From contig OY969585.1 of the NCBI GenBank assembly GCA_963701295.1, positions 3,136,001 to 3,200,000 on the forward strand: a stretch of DNA of 64,000 nt, given 5' to 3'. Positions within the stretch are counted from its first letter, which is position 1. Every line of letters starts with the position of its first letter. This document shows positions 1-10,810 of this stretch, in pieces. Position numbers and translations under genes: made by a program. Under the pieces are notes generated by a model. That model saw nothing but the letters and a program-made list of their open reading frames with translations, was not told where the DNA came from and searched no databases. This DNA is from Ignavibacteriota bacterium. Lineage in GTDB: Bacteria > Bacteroidota > Ignavibacteria > UBA10030.

Positions 1-665
1 TTTCCGAAGAAGGATTTTTGCCAAGTAAATTTTCCCTCGAACCTAAATGGGTTATTGATGAATCCATCGAAATAACAGGATATATAAGTATTGAAAAATC
101 TGGACGGGCATTTGTAGAATCTTTCGGCTCATATACTTTTTCTAGATAATGAGTTGAAATGGTAGATGCCAAATGCCCTCCCGCTGAAAATCCCATGATC
201 CCAATCTTGTTGGGATCTATGTTCCATTCTTTGGCATGGCGGCGTACAATTCGGATCGATTCTTGTCCGTCCTGCATCGGGCCAATAGTTTTGTTGATCA
301 TGATGGAAGTATCGGGCAGACGATATTTCAAGACAAAAGCAGTTATCCCAATACTGTTCAACCACATCGCTATTTGAGTGCCCTCGTGTGCAATTGCCAA
401 TCCCCAATAAGCACCCCCCGGGCAAATAATTACAGCTGTCTTATTCGATTTTTCAACCGGTACTGAGGTACATATCAAGCATCGGAGTCGTCACATTTCG
501 CATCTTCACCCAATTATCTTCCGAATCAATTGACTGTTTGTAGCTGGAATTGGTAAGAGCTCCAGGAACCTTGCCCTGCCAAATATCGATAACATTGGTT
601 TGACCGGACAAATGATTTGTATACACCATAAGGAATAATATTGCTGGCACAATTGTTTGTTTCAT
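1..665 (-). pseudogene. Secreted alpha/beta-hydrolase (carbohydrate esterase-like), frameshifted, runs off window
   Basis: Signal peptide ORF 453-665 stops early. Esterase-like motifs (VIICPGG.Y, GIMGFSAGGH) continue downstream in another frame. Confidence 0.7.
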
Positions 666-675
666 ACTCGTGACT

Positions 676-1314
676 CTATTTTTTTAATTCTCGTGCAATT
701 ATTTCTGCCATGACCTTTACAGCTTTTTCGTTGGGATGAATATTGTCGGGAAAATTGCTTCCTTGGTTTTGCATTTGATGGTATAAATCGATGACCTTCA
801 AGTTATTTGCGTTTGCAAGTCTTTCAATAATTGGAATAACTCCATGCACTACCGTCGAATCATTGATACCCCAGGTCGTTTCAAAGACCGGCACAGGCAG
901 ACACAGGAAGATTGCCGGATGTGAGGGGATTGTTTTAAATGTATCGATCAGTGCCTGATAATCCTTCTCATATAAATCTGCATGCCAATTTTGAGGCTTT
1001 GTATCATTTGTTCCAAGTTTGATAATGATAATATCGGGTTCGAAAACAAAGACATTTGAAAATTCTTTATAGATCCAGTATGGGAAATCCCCTTTCTTTT
1101 GCAGCGTCGTAGCACTGCGCCCTGAGTTCAGTACAGAATAGTTCGCTCCGAGGATATTGTCAAGCACCACAGGGTATCCGGTTTTACTTTGGCATGCTAA
1201 TCCGTATCCCTCGGTAATGCTATCGCCAACGCAGGCTACCTTTATTTTCTTAGTAGTGAACGCTGATACAACCAGCGCAAAAATAATGAAACTGATCCAT
1301 CCGGGTTTTTTCAT
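676..1314 (-). CDS. SGNH/GDSL hydrolase (acetyl esterase-like)
   Basis: GDSITEG, GTND and DNIHP blocks. Likely start is MKKPGW at 1314 because the longer ORF crosses the attC. Confidence 0.88.
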   Translation of the reverse strand: MKKPGWISFIIFALVVSAFTTKKIKVACVGDSITEGYGLACQSKTGYPVVLDNILGANYSVLNSGRSATTLQKKGDFPYWIYKEFSNVFVFEPDIIIIKLGTNDTKPQNWHADLYEKDYQALIDTFKTIPSHPAIFLCLPVPVFETTWGINDSTVVHGVIPIIERLANANNLKVIDLYHQMQNQGSNFPDNIHPNEKAVKVMAEIIARELKK

Positions 1315-1399
1315 GGTATTTACTTTCAATAAATGAATTTCATTTGAAGTTTGGGGATATCTGTTCATTGTTTTAATTTCTATTTTGGTTGCCAATTGC

Positions 1400-1531
1400 G
1401 CATAACGGTCGAGGCTATGCACTGTGCGGGATTACGAAGCTGCGTACCTATCACCCGTGACGAAAATTTGCTACAAAAACTGAACTTGCAAAACCACTGA
1501 AACCCGCATTGCGTATGAGCCTTTGTTAGCA
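1400..1531 (-). repeat. attC site, divergent family (132 bp)
   Basis: GCATAAC...GTTAGCA ends with paired arms (GGCTATGCACTGTGCGGG / CCCGCATTGCGTATGAGCC); unlike the main family. Confidence 0.8.
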
Positions 1532-1542
1532 TACGTTTCGTT

Positions 1543-3054
1543 TTATTTCATAGATTTATATTTGAAGTTCTTAAATTTGACTTTCCCTTCACCAATGGAG
1601 CAAAGGCCGAGTCGTAAACTTAGAAATCCGCCCAATGCATTATGATTATAAGAAGAAACTTCAAGTGAATTTTCTATTTTATTCCATTTGACCCCATCGT
1701 TGCTGTAATACATATTGACTGTGTTGTTCATATTTTCGAGGCGCAAAAATACATGATTTTTAATTGCTTTTCTTTCGGTTGGGAATTGCCAACCCCGCAA
1801 ATTAGCCAAAATGTTTTCCTTATCTGCGCCTATGCCTGAATACGCATTGTTGTTGTAGAAAAGCACCAATCCCCCAGTTGCATCTCCCTCAATAAATAAT
1901 TCTACCTGTGCCATATATGAATGGTCTGAGGGGACACAAATCAAGGGAGAACAATCACCAACAGAATGACCTTTCGCATTAATAACTAAACTGTTGTCGA
2001 TCAAATGAAACCTACTAGTGTCGTATTCGTTATAGAATTTCCATTGTGACTTTAGCTCATTGCCCGCAAAATTATCATCTAAGGTAAATCCGATATCTGG
2101 AACTACACCGACGGGTCTTTTGATGGGTTCGTCTGCTTTAATGTTACCCGGTGTTTTATACCAACCGTCATTTGTCCATTCTATTGGTTGAAGCAAGGTC
2201 TGACGCCCCATATTATAATGTTCATTTTCATATCCATGAAAAACCATCCACCACTTTCCGTTTGCGTCTTCAAATAAAGTACCATGTCCTTTAGACCACC
2301 ATTTTTCAGAATTTTCTTTTGTTCTAATGATAGGGTTGAACGGAGAATTCTCCCAAGGACCCAAAGGCGATTTTGAACGTGCAGAAATTACCATGTGACT
2401 TGTCGCAGGACCTGCTGTACCACCTTCCGCAACTGTCAGGTAATAATATTCACCTCGTTTGACAAGCTTAGGCCCTTCCATACAAAAACATTCAATAGAC
2501 CATTCGCGAGGTATAGGCCAGCCATTGTAAGTGTGTTTGAATTCGCCTGTAACAGAAAGTCCATCCTCAGACAAAGGAACATAACCTCCACTACTAAAAT
2601 ACAAATATCGTTTACCTTCAGCGTCTGTAATATGGCCAGGATCGATATTACCTATTTTCAAATCTACAGGATCACTCCATGGACCTTTAATTGAATCGGC
2701 AGTGACAACATAATTTGTATTATTGGCAGGAAAATAAATGTAGTATTTTTTCTTGTATTTCACTAGGTCGGGAGCCCAAACTGAACCTATATATTTATGC
2801 AATGCATTTATTACTGGTGTCCAATTAATTAAATCTTTTGAATGCCAAATCAATAACCCCGGATAATAATCGAAAGATGAATGAACAATATAGTAATCGC
2901 TGCCATCGCGCAATATACTTGGGTCAGGGTAATCTCCTGCAAAAATTGGATTTAAATAATAACCGTCTCCTTTTTCAGAGGTATTAATTTGATGCTGTGC
3001 ATTCGCTAAGAAACCCAATTGAAGGAGCATTGCTATAATAATAGTTTTCTTCAT
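1543..3054 (-). CDS. GH43 beta-xylosidase/arabinofuranosidase
   Basis: NPIFAGDYPDPS, WAPD, IDP, EGP, GHG and GRQT motifs; C-terminal lectin-like domain; signal peptide. Confidence 0.92.
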   Translation of the reverse strand: MKKTIIIAMLLQLGFLANAQHQINTSEKGDGYYLNPIFAGDYPDPSILRDGSDYYIVHSSFDYYPGLLIWHSKDLINWTPVINALHKYIGSVWAPDLVKYKKKYYIYFPANNTNYVVTADSIKGPWSDPVDLKIGNIDPGHITDAEGKRYLYFSSGGYVPLSEDGLSVTGEFKHTYNGWPIPREWSIECFCMEGPKLVKRGEYYYLTVAEGGTAGPATSHMVISARSKSPLGPWENSPFNPIIRTKENSEKWWSKGHGTLFEDANGKWWMVFHGYENEHYNMGRQTLLQPIEWTNDGWYKTPGNIKADEPIKRPVGVVPDIGFTLDDNFAGNELKSQWKFYNEYDTSRFHLIDNSLVINAKGHSVGDCSPLICVPSDHSYMAQVELFIEGDATGGLVLFYNNNAYSGIGADKENILANLRGWQFPTERKAIKNHVFLRLENMNNTVNMYYSNDGVKWNKIENSLEVSSYNHNALGGFLSLRLGLCSIGEGKVKFKNFKYKSMK

Positions 3055-3212
3055 AATTTGTTTCCTATAGTTTCTAAATAAAAATGTGAATGTATCAATA
3101 ATTTATATTTAACGATCCTGTTTTTTTGATCTTTCTGCAATCGGTTAAATATTATAAGCATATCCTTAAAAATGTGTGCTAACTCGTGTAAAAACGAGAT
3201 GTTATTTTTGCG

Positions 3213-3408
3213 TTCTAACGGATGGCGGCTAAGCTGCCACACTGCAAATTCGCAACATGCACCCAACGAAACAAGTTTATACTAATAACCAAATTAAATA
3301 TTCCCCAACCAACGAGGTAATGAAAAGTTAATTATAAAAACTTAAACTCACCATCAGCCATGTAATTTGCAGTGAGCTCTTACCGTCAGCTTGAGCGCCT
3401 GGTTAGGC
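3213..3408 (-). repeat. attC site (196 bp, long form)
   Basis: TTCTAACGGATGGCGGCTAAGCTG...CCGTCAGCTTGAGCGCCTGGTTAGGC. Confidence 0.9.
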
Positions 3409-3469
3409 CGCTGGTTAAAGTTGCCTGAAATCCTCGTCCCTTATAATGTATGAGCTGCTTTTATTTACA

Positions 3470-5089
3470 CTAGTGCTTAATCATATTCAACAAGAAGACA
3501 TCATTCTCTCGGAGGTTCAGTTCTTTTATAAATGCCACGTTATCTTTTATCTTTACTATTTCATGAGATACAGGAGAACCATCATTCAATTTCTTTATTT
3601 GCTCAACTTGCTGTTTGGTAAGTTGCTTTGGCTCGTTCAACGTAAGATACGTTGAATATGGATCGTTCACTTGATAGCCTACTTTATAGATTTCAAGTGT
3701 ATAGCTACCTTCCGGGATTCCTGAAATACGTACTTTTACTTTTCCTTTTGATTTTGCAGGGAGATCGCGAATATAATACACCTGATTATTTACAGAATCA
3801 CCCGGATGGGTGTTGGTGAAATCCCAGAGAAGCACCTGTACGTTGCTCTTTGCATTTTTGCATGCCCACGAGGATGAATCAGTATTAACCAACTCTGTGT
3901 TACCAAGCATATTCATGAACTTGAAGGAATAGAAGACAGGTTTGTTGATTGCCTGATAATTCAGCAATCCGAATCCACCGTGAAAAGGTGTAAAACGTGG
4001 TCCCGCTTCTTCAAAAATATCTGTGAAGACCCAGTAAGACATCGAATTTGCTGCATTGCCAACTTGCTTAATTTTTTCCAGTACATAGGCAGCCTGATGA
4101 TAGCTATCATGGATAGGATCGGTGGGTGTATATGATGAACTCCATTCGGTATAATGCAATTCCAAATTTGGCATAGCGGAGCTTACAATTTCTTTACGGG
4201 ATTGAAGGATATCGCCGCTGACGCTCATGGAATTTTTATCAAGGACTGTTCCTGAATTTCCAAATTCATCGAGATATCCTTGTTTAACTCCGTATGAATG
4301 GGTACTGATAAAATCGAGAGGAATTGCATTTTTACTGCAGAAATCAATCATCTCAGGTTCCCAGGCAGCTCCGGCAGTAGCAGGTCCCCCAACACGATAT
4401 TCTTTATTCACACTCTTTATGGCCTGCACGCTATATTTATATAATTTGAAGTACTCCTCCTGCGTTCCCGACCAGAATCCGTGAAGGTTCGGCTCGTTCC
4501 AGACTTCAAAATACCAGGTCTTCACTTCCTCTGTACCATAGCGTTCAGTGAAATGAAGAGTAAGATTGCGGATCAAGTATTTCCACTTTTTATAATCCTT
4601 TGGCGGTGTAACATTTCCCCTCCACCAGAAAATAACCTGCTTGCCGCTGGCTAATGCTTCCGGCATGAATCCTAATTCAACAAAAGGTTTCATTCCGATA
4701 CTCAGAAGGTAATCATATAGAACATCGATGTACTGAAAATTATATTCCGGTTTTCCATTTTTATCTTCCCTGTAAACGCCCATATCGTCTGTTAACAGTC
4801 CGTGCATACGAATATATTTGAAATCGCATTCCTTTTTTACATAAGCCAGTTGTTGTTGCCAATCCGCCCTTAATCCCTCATTGGCGCGGCCTGCACCAAT
4901 GCATTCTTTGAACATGGCATTGAAGTTCCCTTTGATTTTATTAAAGTCAAGATTGATAATCCGTTCCTGCAAAACGGATGTGTTATCGGAATTGTCTTGA
5001 GCAAATGTAGGGACTACGAACAAGCTTGTAAGAATGATTAATAATAGATAACAAGTTTTCATTTTTTGCTCGCCTTTTAGTGTTAACAT
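3470..5089 (-). CDS. GH39 beta-xylosidase
   Basis: YIRMHGLL, FEVWNEPNL and HYTEW catalytic motifs; signal peptide; true start may be 5062. Confidence 0.92.
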   Translation of the reverse strand: MLTLKGEQKMKTCYLLLIILTSLFVVPTFAQDNSDNTSVLQERIINLDFNKIKGNFNAMFKECIGAGRANEGLRADWQQQLAYVKKECDFKYIRMHGLLTDDMGVYREDKNGKPEYNFQYIDVLYDYLLSIGMKPFVELGFMPEALASGKQVIFWWRGNVTPPKDYKKWKYLIRNLTLHFTERYGTEEVKTWYFEVWNEPNLHGFWSGTQEEYFKLYKYSVQAIKSVNKEYRVGGPATAGAAWEPEMIDFCSKNAIPLDFISTHSYGVKQGYLDEFGNSGTVLDKNSMSVSGDILQSRKEIVSSAMPNLELHYTEWSSSYTPTDPIHDSYHQAAYVLEKIKQVGNAANSMSYWVFTDIFEEAGPRFTPFHGGFGLLNYQAINKPVFYSFKFMNMLGNTELVNTDSSSWACKNAKSNVQVLLWDFTNTHPGDSVNNQVYYIRDLPAKSKGKVKVRISGIPEGSYTLEIYKVGYQVNDPYSTYLTLNEPKQLTKQQVEQIKKLNDGSPVSHEIVKIKDNVAFIKELNLRENDVFLLNMIKH

Positions 5090-5128
5090 ATTTCATATTT
5101 TACATCGAAACAAATTTCAGCGTAAGCG

Positions 5129-5354
5129 GCCTAATGGATGGCAACTAAGCTGCGGCACTGATAATTTGCAACATGCACCCAACGAAACAAGTTCATGCTG
5201 AAAGCCTAATTAATAAATACTAAACTTATAGGTACTAGAAACTGAATAATAAAAACGAAAACCCACTGCCAGTCCTGCTTAACGTACCCATTTACCCGCC
5301 ATGCTTTATCTTTGGGCGGGCGCTATTTCCGTCAGCTTGAGCGCCTGGTTAGGC
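5129..5354 (-). repeat. attC site (226 bp); R' mutated (ATT for GTT); carries a hairpin insert
   Basis: Family consensus arms plus a CCCGCC...GGCGGG insert at ~5291-5320. Confidence 0.85.
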
Positions 5355-5374
5355 AGCGCAATTATTTCTTGTTT

Positions 5375-6010
5375 CTATGATACCTTTTCTGCTACTGCGG
5401 TAATCCAATTTTTTTCAAGAATACAATCTATTTTAGCGAGATGGTACCCCGCTTGATTGAGAAATTCTTTATACTCTTCTGGAGTATGAATTTGCATATC
5501 AATTAATGTTGTCCACTTAGTATTCCGTTTTTCAAATCGAATATCTTGATACACTTCATTGACTATCAAAAGTGTTCCCTTGGGTTTTAAAACACGTTTA
5601 ATTTCTTTTAAGTCATCAATCAAATGGGGCCAGAAATAATATGTTTCAAATGCTGTAATAAGATCGAATGTATTATCCTTAAATGGCAAAGATGAAACCG
5701 TTCCAAACATTATTTCAACTTGACCTTGTCTAATTGGAGTCTCATTTATTTTTTTTGATAGCTTAACCATGTCTTCAGAATAATCAATTCCAAAAACCTT
5801 TCCTCTAGGTGTAGAGAGTGATAATTCTTGAATTGCTTTGCCGCCACCGCAACCAATATCGAGTATATATGCATCTGGTTTAATAGAAACATGATCAAGC
5901 CCCCAGCGTCTAACTTTTGCATGGCCAGAATTCATGCTTCTTCCGATAAATTTTCCCAATTTACCTGACGGTTTTCTACATTGCTTTAATAATTTTTCAA
6001 TCAATCCCAT
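5375..6010 (-). CDS. Class I SAM-dependent methyltransferase
   Basis: LDIGCGGG, GIDYS and LPF..NTFD motifs. Confidence 0.9.
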   Translation of the reverse strand: MGLIEKLLKQCRKPSGKLGKFIGRSMNSGHAKVRRWGLDHVSIKPDAYILDIGCGGGKAIQELSLSTPRGKVFGIDYSEDMVKLSKKINETPIRQGQVEIMFGTVSSLPFKDNTFDLITAFETYYFWPHLIDDLKEIKRVLKPKGTLLIVNEVYQDIRFEKRNTKWTTLIDMQIHTPEEYKEFLNQAGYHLAKIDCILEKNWITAVAEKVS

Positions 6011-6040
6011 TCGATATTATCTCTCATATTTTATAGTGCT

Positions 6041-6080
6041 GCCTAACGGATTGGCGCTAAGCTGCGACGATGAAACTTTC
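6041..6080 (-). repeat. Half attC (R'/L' arm only)
   Basis: GCCTAACGGATTGGCGCTAAGCTGCG runs directly into the stop codon of the next gene. Confidence 0.75.
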
Positions 6081-6083
6081 TAT

Positions 6084-6491
6084 TTATTCATTAAAACTTG
6101 CCCCACAATGAGGACATAATTTACTATCCTTTGGCAAAGGCTTTTTACATTCGGAACATTGATATTCAGATGAATTTGAAACCATATTATTGGCGGCATA
6201 TTCCTTCTTTAACGCCGCTTTAATCATCTTTTGTGTAATACCTAGTTCCTTTGATAACCTGTTAAATTTTTTGGTAATGAAAGAAAGAATAAAGAGAAGT
6301 AATATTCCTCCCCACAATATAGCACCTAGTGATATAAACAAAATAAGATTAATAATAAAAAAAGAAAACCAAAACAATTTTAAATTACTATTCATCGTTT
6401 CCCTGACTTCTTTCCATTCTTCAAATTTTGATGGATCTACTTTTATTTCTGGAAAATCCTCTAAAGTTAGATCTTCAAAATTCTTTTTCAT
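6084..6491 (-). CDS. Membrane protein with C-terminal zinc ribbon
   Basis: Hydrophobic hairpin; CxxC...CPxCG. Confidence 0.75.
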   Translation of the reverse strand: MKKNFEDLTLEDFPEIKVDPSKFEEWKEVRETMNSNLKLFWFSFFIINLILFISLGAILWGGILLLFILSFITKKFNRLSKELGITQKMIKAALKKEYAANNMVSNSSEYQCSECKKPLPKDSKLCPHCGASFNE

Positions 6492-6519
6492 GTCTTTATC
6501 TCCTTAAATTATTAATGCC

Positions 6520-6715
6520 GCCTAACGGATGGCAACTAAGCTGCGGCAACGTGAAGCCGCAAGTTGCTGAAAACGAAACAAGTTCATGCTGAGAACCAAA
6601 TTTATAAGTATCAAAGTTATAGGTACTAGAAACTGAATAACAAAAACGAAAACCCACCACCAGCAATGCTTAACGGCCATACGCTCCAACCGTCAGCTTG
6701 AGCGCCTGGTTAGGT
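6520..6715 (-). repeat. attC site (196 bp, long form)
   Basis: Consensus arms. Confidence 0.9.
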
Positions 6716-6733
6716 TGCGCCTTGGTTTATAGT

Positions 6734-7399
6734 CTATTTACCAATTCGTCGTTCAATTTTTAGATTTGCGATAACACCAAATCCATTACACCAAAGACCA
6801 ACTGAACCATCTTTTCTATTGGACAGTTCGTTTACTACAAGACTTGGATCGCTTGCACCGTTTACATAAACTTTTACCTCAGGCTTTTGTATTACAATCT
6901 TAGCATGGAACCACTCATCACCATTGGGAGCAGGATCAATGCCTTTTTCATATTCTCCAGTGTGCTCGTCGCGTAAACGTTTCCAAGTCCAATCTGGATG
7001 AGACGTGTATTGAACGACATGAGATTTATTAATGGGATTCGGAGAACGGAAATTAAACGGTCTAAAATAGATCGCATCATAAGTATTTTGATTAACGACA
7101 CGGAAAGCGATACCAACAAAACTGCTTTGTGGCGGACCACTTTTACCCTTTGCGTCAAACTCGATGGTACCGTTTGTGAATGTAAAGTTATCAAGCCAGA
7201 CGATTTGGTCACCATCGGTTTTTGTTATCATAATTGCTTCTGAAGAATCTTTTTTTGCAAGCTCTGCCGAAATGAACTTACCTTTCCAGTTTGTTCCATT
7301 TAGTACAGTTTTCAGAACCGGTTTAAAAAAACTCTGAGCATTCAATGAAGATATAAATAGAAATACTAAACACACGACCGATAATATTTTGAATTTCAT
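6734..7399 (-). CDS. Secreted DUF1080-like / 3-keto-disaccharide hydrolase-like protein
   Basis: Signal peptide; F.NGTIEFD, GIAFR, YFRPFN and GSVGLW. Confidence 0.65.
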   Translation of the reverse strand: MKFKILSVVCLVFLFISSLNAQSFFKPVLKTVLNGTNWKGKFISAELAKKDSSEAIMITKTDGDQIVWLDNFTFTNGTIEFDAKGKSGPPQSSFVGIAFRVVNQNTYDAIYFRPFNFRSPNPINKSHVVQYTSHPDWTWKRLRDEHTGEYEKGIDPAPNGDEWFHAKIVIQKPEVKVYVNGASDPSLVVNELSNRKDGSVGLWCNGFGVIANLKIERRIGK

Positions 7400-7455
7400 T
7401 GCTTATCATTCCTTTCAATTAACTATTTGAGTATCCATAAAATATTGATGGCGCA

Positions 7456-7612
7456 ATCTAACGGACCGGCGCTAAGCTGCGGCGCTGATAATTTTCAATA
7501 TTTTGAAAACGAAACGAGTTCACGCTAATAACTTTCAATTCTGTAATCAACCTATGCCCGCCTTGAATTTCACACCCAGCTGGCAACCGTCAGCTTGAGC
7601 GCCTGGTTAGCT
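7456..7612 (-). repeat. attC site (157 bp)
   Basis: Consensus arms; the upstream gene's stop lies in R''. Confidence 0.9.
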
Positions 7613-8242
7613 GGCGTTATTAATTTTCTTAATAACTTTATCAACCCGGTTAACTTGTGAAGTATTTTCTAACTCAGAATATCTTTCCTTCAACAAATCA
7701 AGAAATTGCTTTTTATTTGATGATGTTATTGCAATTAATGATTTCTCAGCATACATCGGCAACTGTTTCCCTGCACATCGGTTTAATTGTTTCATTAGCA
7801 AAGGAAATGCAACTTTTGTGTATTTAGATATACTTGACAACCTCGCCAGAATAGAAACACCATGATCTACTGTGATAACCGATCCTTCATCCAATGCTTC
7901 AACAATTTCTGGGAGAAGTTGCGAAACATGTTCCGGATTGATAGCGGTGATTGTGTCTAAGGCTGTCATAGCACCCCATGCCAACCTATTATTTCGGCTT
8001 TTAAGAATTTCCCCAAATTCCTTATAATATGGCGCAATCAATTCAGCAGCGCCACGTTCTCCAATTTCGTAAAGCACTTTGATACAATCACTTTGAATGT
8101 TTTTATCGTCGTTCTCCAAATTATCTACTAATTCTTTTATCCAATCGGTCTTCTTAGTCTTGATAATTTTGATAGCCAATTCTTGATTTGGATTATCATC
8201 TCGCCGATTGAGAGATGAAGCAAGCAATTTTAACACACTCAT
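7607..8242 (-). CDS. Hypothetical alpha-helical (HEAT-like) protein
   Basis: 211-aa ORF filling a cassette, with an RBS-like sequence. Confidence 0.7.
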   Translation of the reverse strand: MSVLKLLASSLNRRDDNPNQELAIKIIKTKKTDWIKELVDNLENDDKNIQSDCIKVLYEIGERGAAELIAPYYKEFGEILKSRNNRLAWGAMTALDTITAINPEHVSQLLPEIVEALDEGSVITVDHGVSILARLSSISKYTKVAFPLLMKQLNRCAGKQLPMYAEKSLIAITSSNKKQFLDLLKERYSELENTSQVNRVDKVIKKINNAS

Positions 8243-8265
8243 TTTCTTTTCCTTTAGATAACGCC

Positions 8266-8422
8266 ACCTAACGGATCGGCGCTAAGCTGCGGCACTGATA
8301 ACTTCCATAATGTACTAAACGAACCAAGTTCATTCACTTCACTTTCAATTCTGCACTTGACCTCTACGCGCAATGCAAAATGCACTCGCGCCTTTACCGT
8401 TAGCTTGAGCCGCAGGTTAGGC
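8266..8422 (-). repeat. attC site (157 bp)
   Basis: Consensus arms. Confidence 0.88.
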
Positions 8423-8436
8423 CGCCATATTTTGAT

Positions 8437-9387
8437 TTACCAACTACTCAGCGGGCCACCATAGGCTCCCTGATCATTTCGAGTTCCATCAACATCGTTA
8501 TATTTAGAATCCGGGTTGCCAGCATTAATGCAAGGTGATGATGTTAACAAATGGAAGTCAGTTGCGGAAACAAAGTATGGATTATTAGCTGCCTCAAGAA
8601 AATTATACTTAGCCATATAATGACTCGAATCGGTCTGATAAAAAGATATTCTTGGATCGCCCGATGCGTTTGTATTTGCATAGAATATGTTATTCTGAAC
8701 GCTATCAATAACTGAACTTACGAGGAGAAGACCGCCTGCGTAATTATTGGAACTATTATTATAGAAAGTATTATTGACGATTTTATTCGAAGATGAGGAA
8801 GAAAGCAAAGCACCCCCGAACCCAACAGCATAATTATTGATAAAAATATTATTGGTTATGGTTGAGTTTGACTGATCAAGATACAGACCGCCTCCATTGT
8901 TCGATTTATTATTTCTGAAGATCGAATTATGAATCACGACATTAGAATTTGCAACCTCTACAGCTCCATTTCTGATAGTATCATACTTGATAGTAAGATC
9001 GACATTTTCAATGATGGCAAATTGAATAATAGATTGGATCGATGTTCCTGTAATTTGAATCCCTTCCCATGACACATTCTTTGAAGTGAACAGTATTTGA
9101 CTTGTAGAAGTACCAATACAAGAAAGTTTGCCTCGAACAATTAATTGAGTTGAATCCTCGAAATATATCCGAACGCCAGCTTCAATGGTTAGCATACTGG
9201 AAGAATCTATAATAAGAGTATTTGTGACTCTATAGGGAGAACCACTTGCAGTTAGAATAGTATTAAGATGACCGCTGATGACAGTGTATTGCTCGGGAGT
9301 AGGTTCAATTGGAGATTCGTTTTTTGAACAACCAGATAGAATTATCCCAAATGCAATAAAGACAAGTAAGACAATCTGTTTTTGCAT
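8437..9387 (-). CDS. Lipoprotein with right-handed parallel beta-helix repeats
   Basis: LSGC lipobox; NN.F.NN.A..GG repeats; DFHL...SPCINAG and D.GAYGGP tail. Confidence 0.82.
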   Translation of the reverse strand: MQKQIVLLVFIAFGIILSGCSKNESPIEPTPEQYTVISGHLNTILTASGSPYRVTNTLIIDSSSMLTIEAGVRIYFEDSTQLIVRGKLSCIGTSTSQILFTSKNVSWEGIQITGTSIQSIIQFAIIENVDLTIKYDTIRNGAVEVANSNVVIHNSIFRNNKSNNGGGLYLDQSNSTITNNIFINNYAVGFGGALLSSSSSNKIVNNTFYNNSSNNYAGGLLLVSSVIDSVQNNIFYANTNASGDPRISFYQTDSSHYMAKYNFLEAANNPYFVSATDFHLLTSSPCINAGNPDSKYNDVDGTRNDQGAYGGPLSSW

Positions 9388-9406
9388 ATTATTCCTTTTA
9401 TATGGC

Positions 9407-9452
9407 GCCTAACGGTCGGCGCTAAGCTGCGGCATCAATAATTTTCAAGTTT
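9407..9452 (-). repeat. Half attC (R'/L' arm only)
   Basis: GCCTAACGGTCGGCGCTAAGCTGCGGC, then truncated. Confidence 0.75.
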
Positions 9453-9457
9453 TTCTT

Positions 9458-10760
9458 TCATCTCAGTAAAACTAATTTCTTTGTTTCTGTAAACGATCCA
9501 GCCTGTAAACGATAAAAGTATATACCGCTTGATACATTGGCCGCATTCCATGGTTGATTATGATTACCAGCTTGCATTTCTCCATTTATTAATGTCTCAA
9601 CCTCTCTCCCTAAAATGTCATAGAGTTTTAAAATTACAAATGATCTTTTAGCGAGGGTGAAGGAAATAGTTGTACTGGGATTAAACGGATTTGGAAAGTT
9701 CTGCTTCAAAGAAAATGAAAAGGGTTCTGAGTTTCCTTTTTCTATCTTTATTTCAGTGGGAGAAGTTGTAACCCAGACACCGGAACTTGTCCCGGCAAAG
9801 ATACCGTCGCTGTTTACAGCCAGGGACCAAATACGGGTGTTGGCAGGTATCCCCGAGCTGAATGAAGCCCAGGTTACGCCGCCGTCGGCCGAGCGGTGGA
9901 CTCCGTTGTCATCTGTGCCGGCAAAAAGCTGATCATTCACAACGACGAAGCAATTTACGTTCTCCAGGCCGGAATTGTCTGCCGCCCAGTTCGTGCCGTA
10001 ATTGTCGGATATAAAAACACCGGTCAAGGTTACTGCGAACAATCTAGTACCCAACACCGCGAGCTGGGAGATGTGCATATCAGTAAGGCCAGAATTGATT
10101 GCAGTCCAGCTTGTTCCGCCGTTTGTTGTTTTGAAAACACCGTTGCTGGCACTTCCTGCAAAAATGGTGTTCCCACTTGCAACAATAGAGGCAATACGGG
10201 CATCCACTGGTATTCCCGAACTTACTCCGGTCCAGGGTACTGCCATCGTCCAAGGATTTATAGATACCACCTGTTATGCCCGCAAAAAGAGTGGAATTAA
10301 TCATCACAATGGACCATATGGTAGTATCTGCAGCTATTCCAGTGGGTACGACAGCATTCCAGGTTCTGCCGTCATCGGTGGATTGAAAAAACCCATTCCA
10401 TGTACCGACAAGAATTTTGGAGTTCAACATTACAATGGATAGAATGTCAATGCTGCTGTCTGCAGAACCGATCTGAGTCCAGTTCGTGCCGTCATCGGCG
10501 GTAAGAAACATACGGCCGCCATTAAGACTGTCCCATATCCGTGCAAAAACCTTGTCCTGGCTCGTGTATAGACTAAAAAAACTGTTGCTTGCCGGCCAAT
10601 TTGTCTGTATCCATCCGCTGTCGAGCGTGGTTGTGTAGACCGAAGCGCCGGCATTGCCATGCACATTGGCTGCGGCAACCGGCGTAAAACCAACCACTGC
10701 ATTTCCGAATGACAATACAACGGCCATCCAGGCCGTAGAGAACCGCAAAACTTGTTTCAT
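9458..10760 (-). pseudogene. T9SS-secreted beta-propeller (BNR/YCF48-like) protein, frameshifted near 10240
   Basis: ORFs 10080-10760 and 9458-10270 carry contiguous S.D.G.TW repeats; the distal piece has the QNFPNPFNP CTD. Confidence 0.78.
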
Positions 10761-10810
10761 TTTTATTTCATGCTTCCTTTTCTACAATTAATACCATCAC
10801 AGATTTTCTC

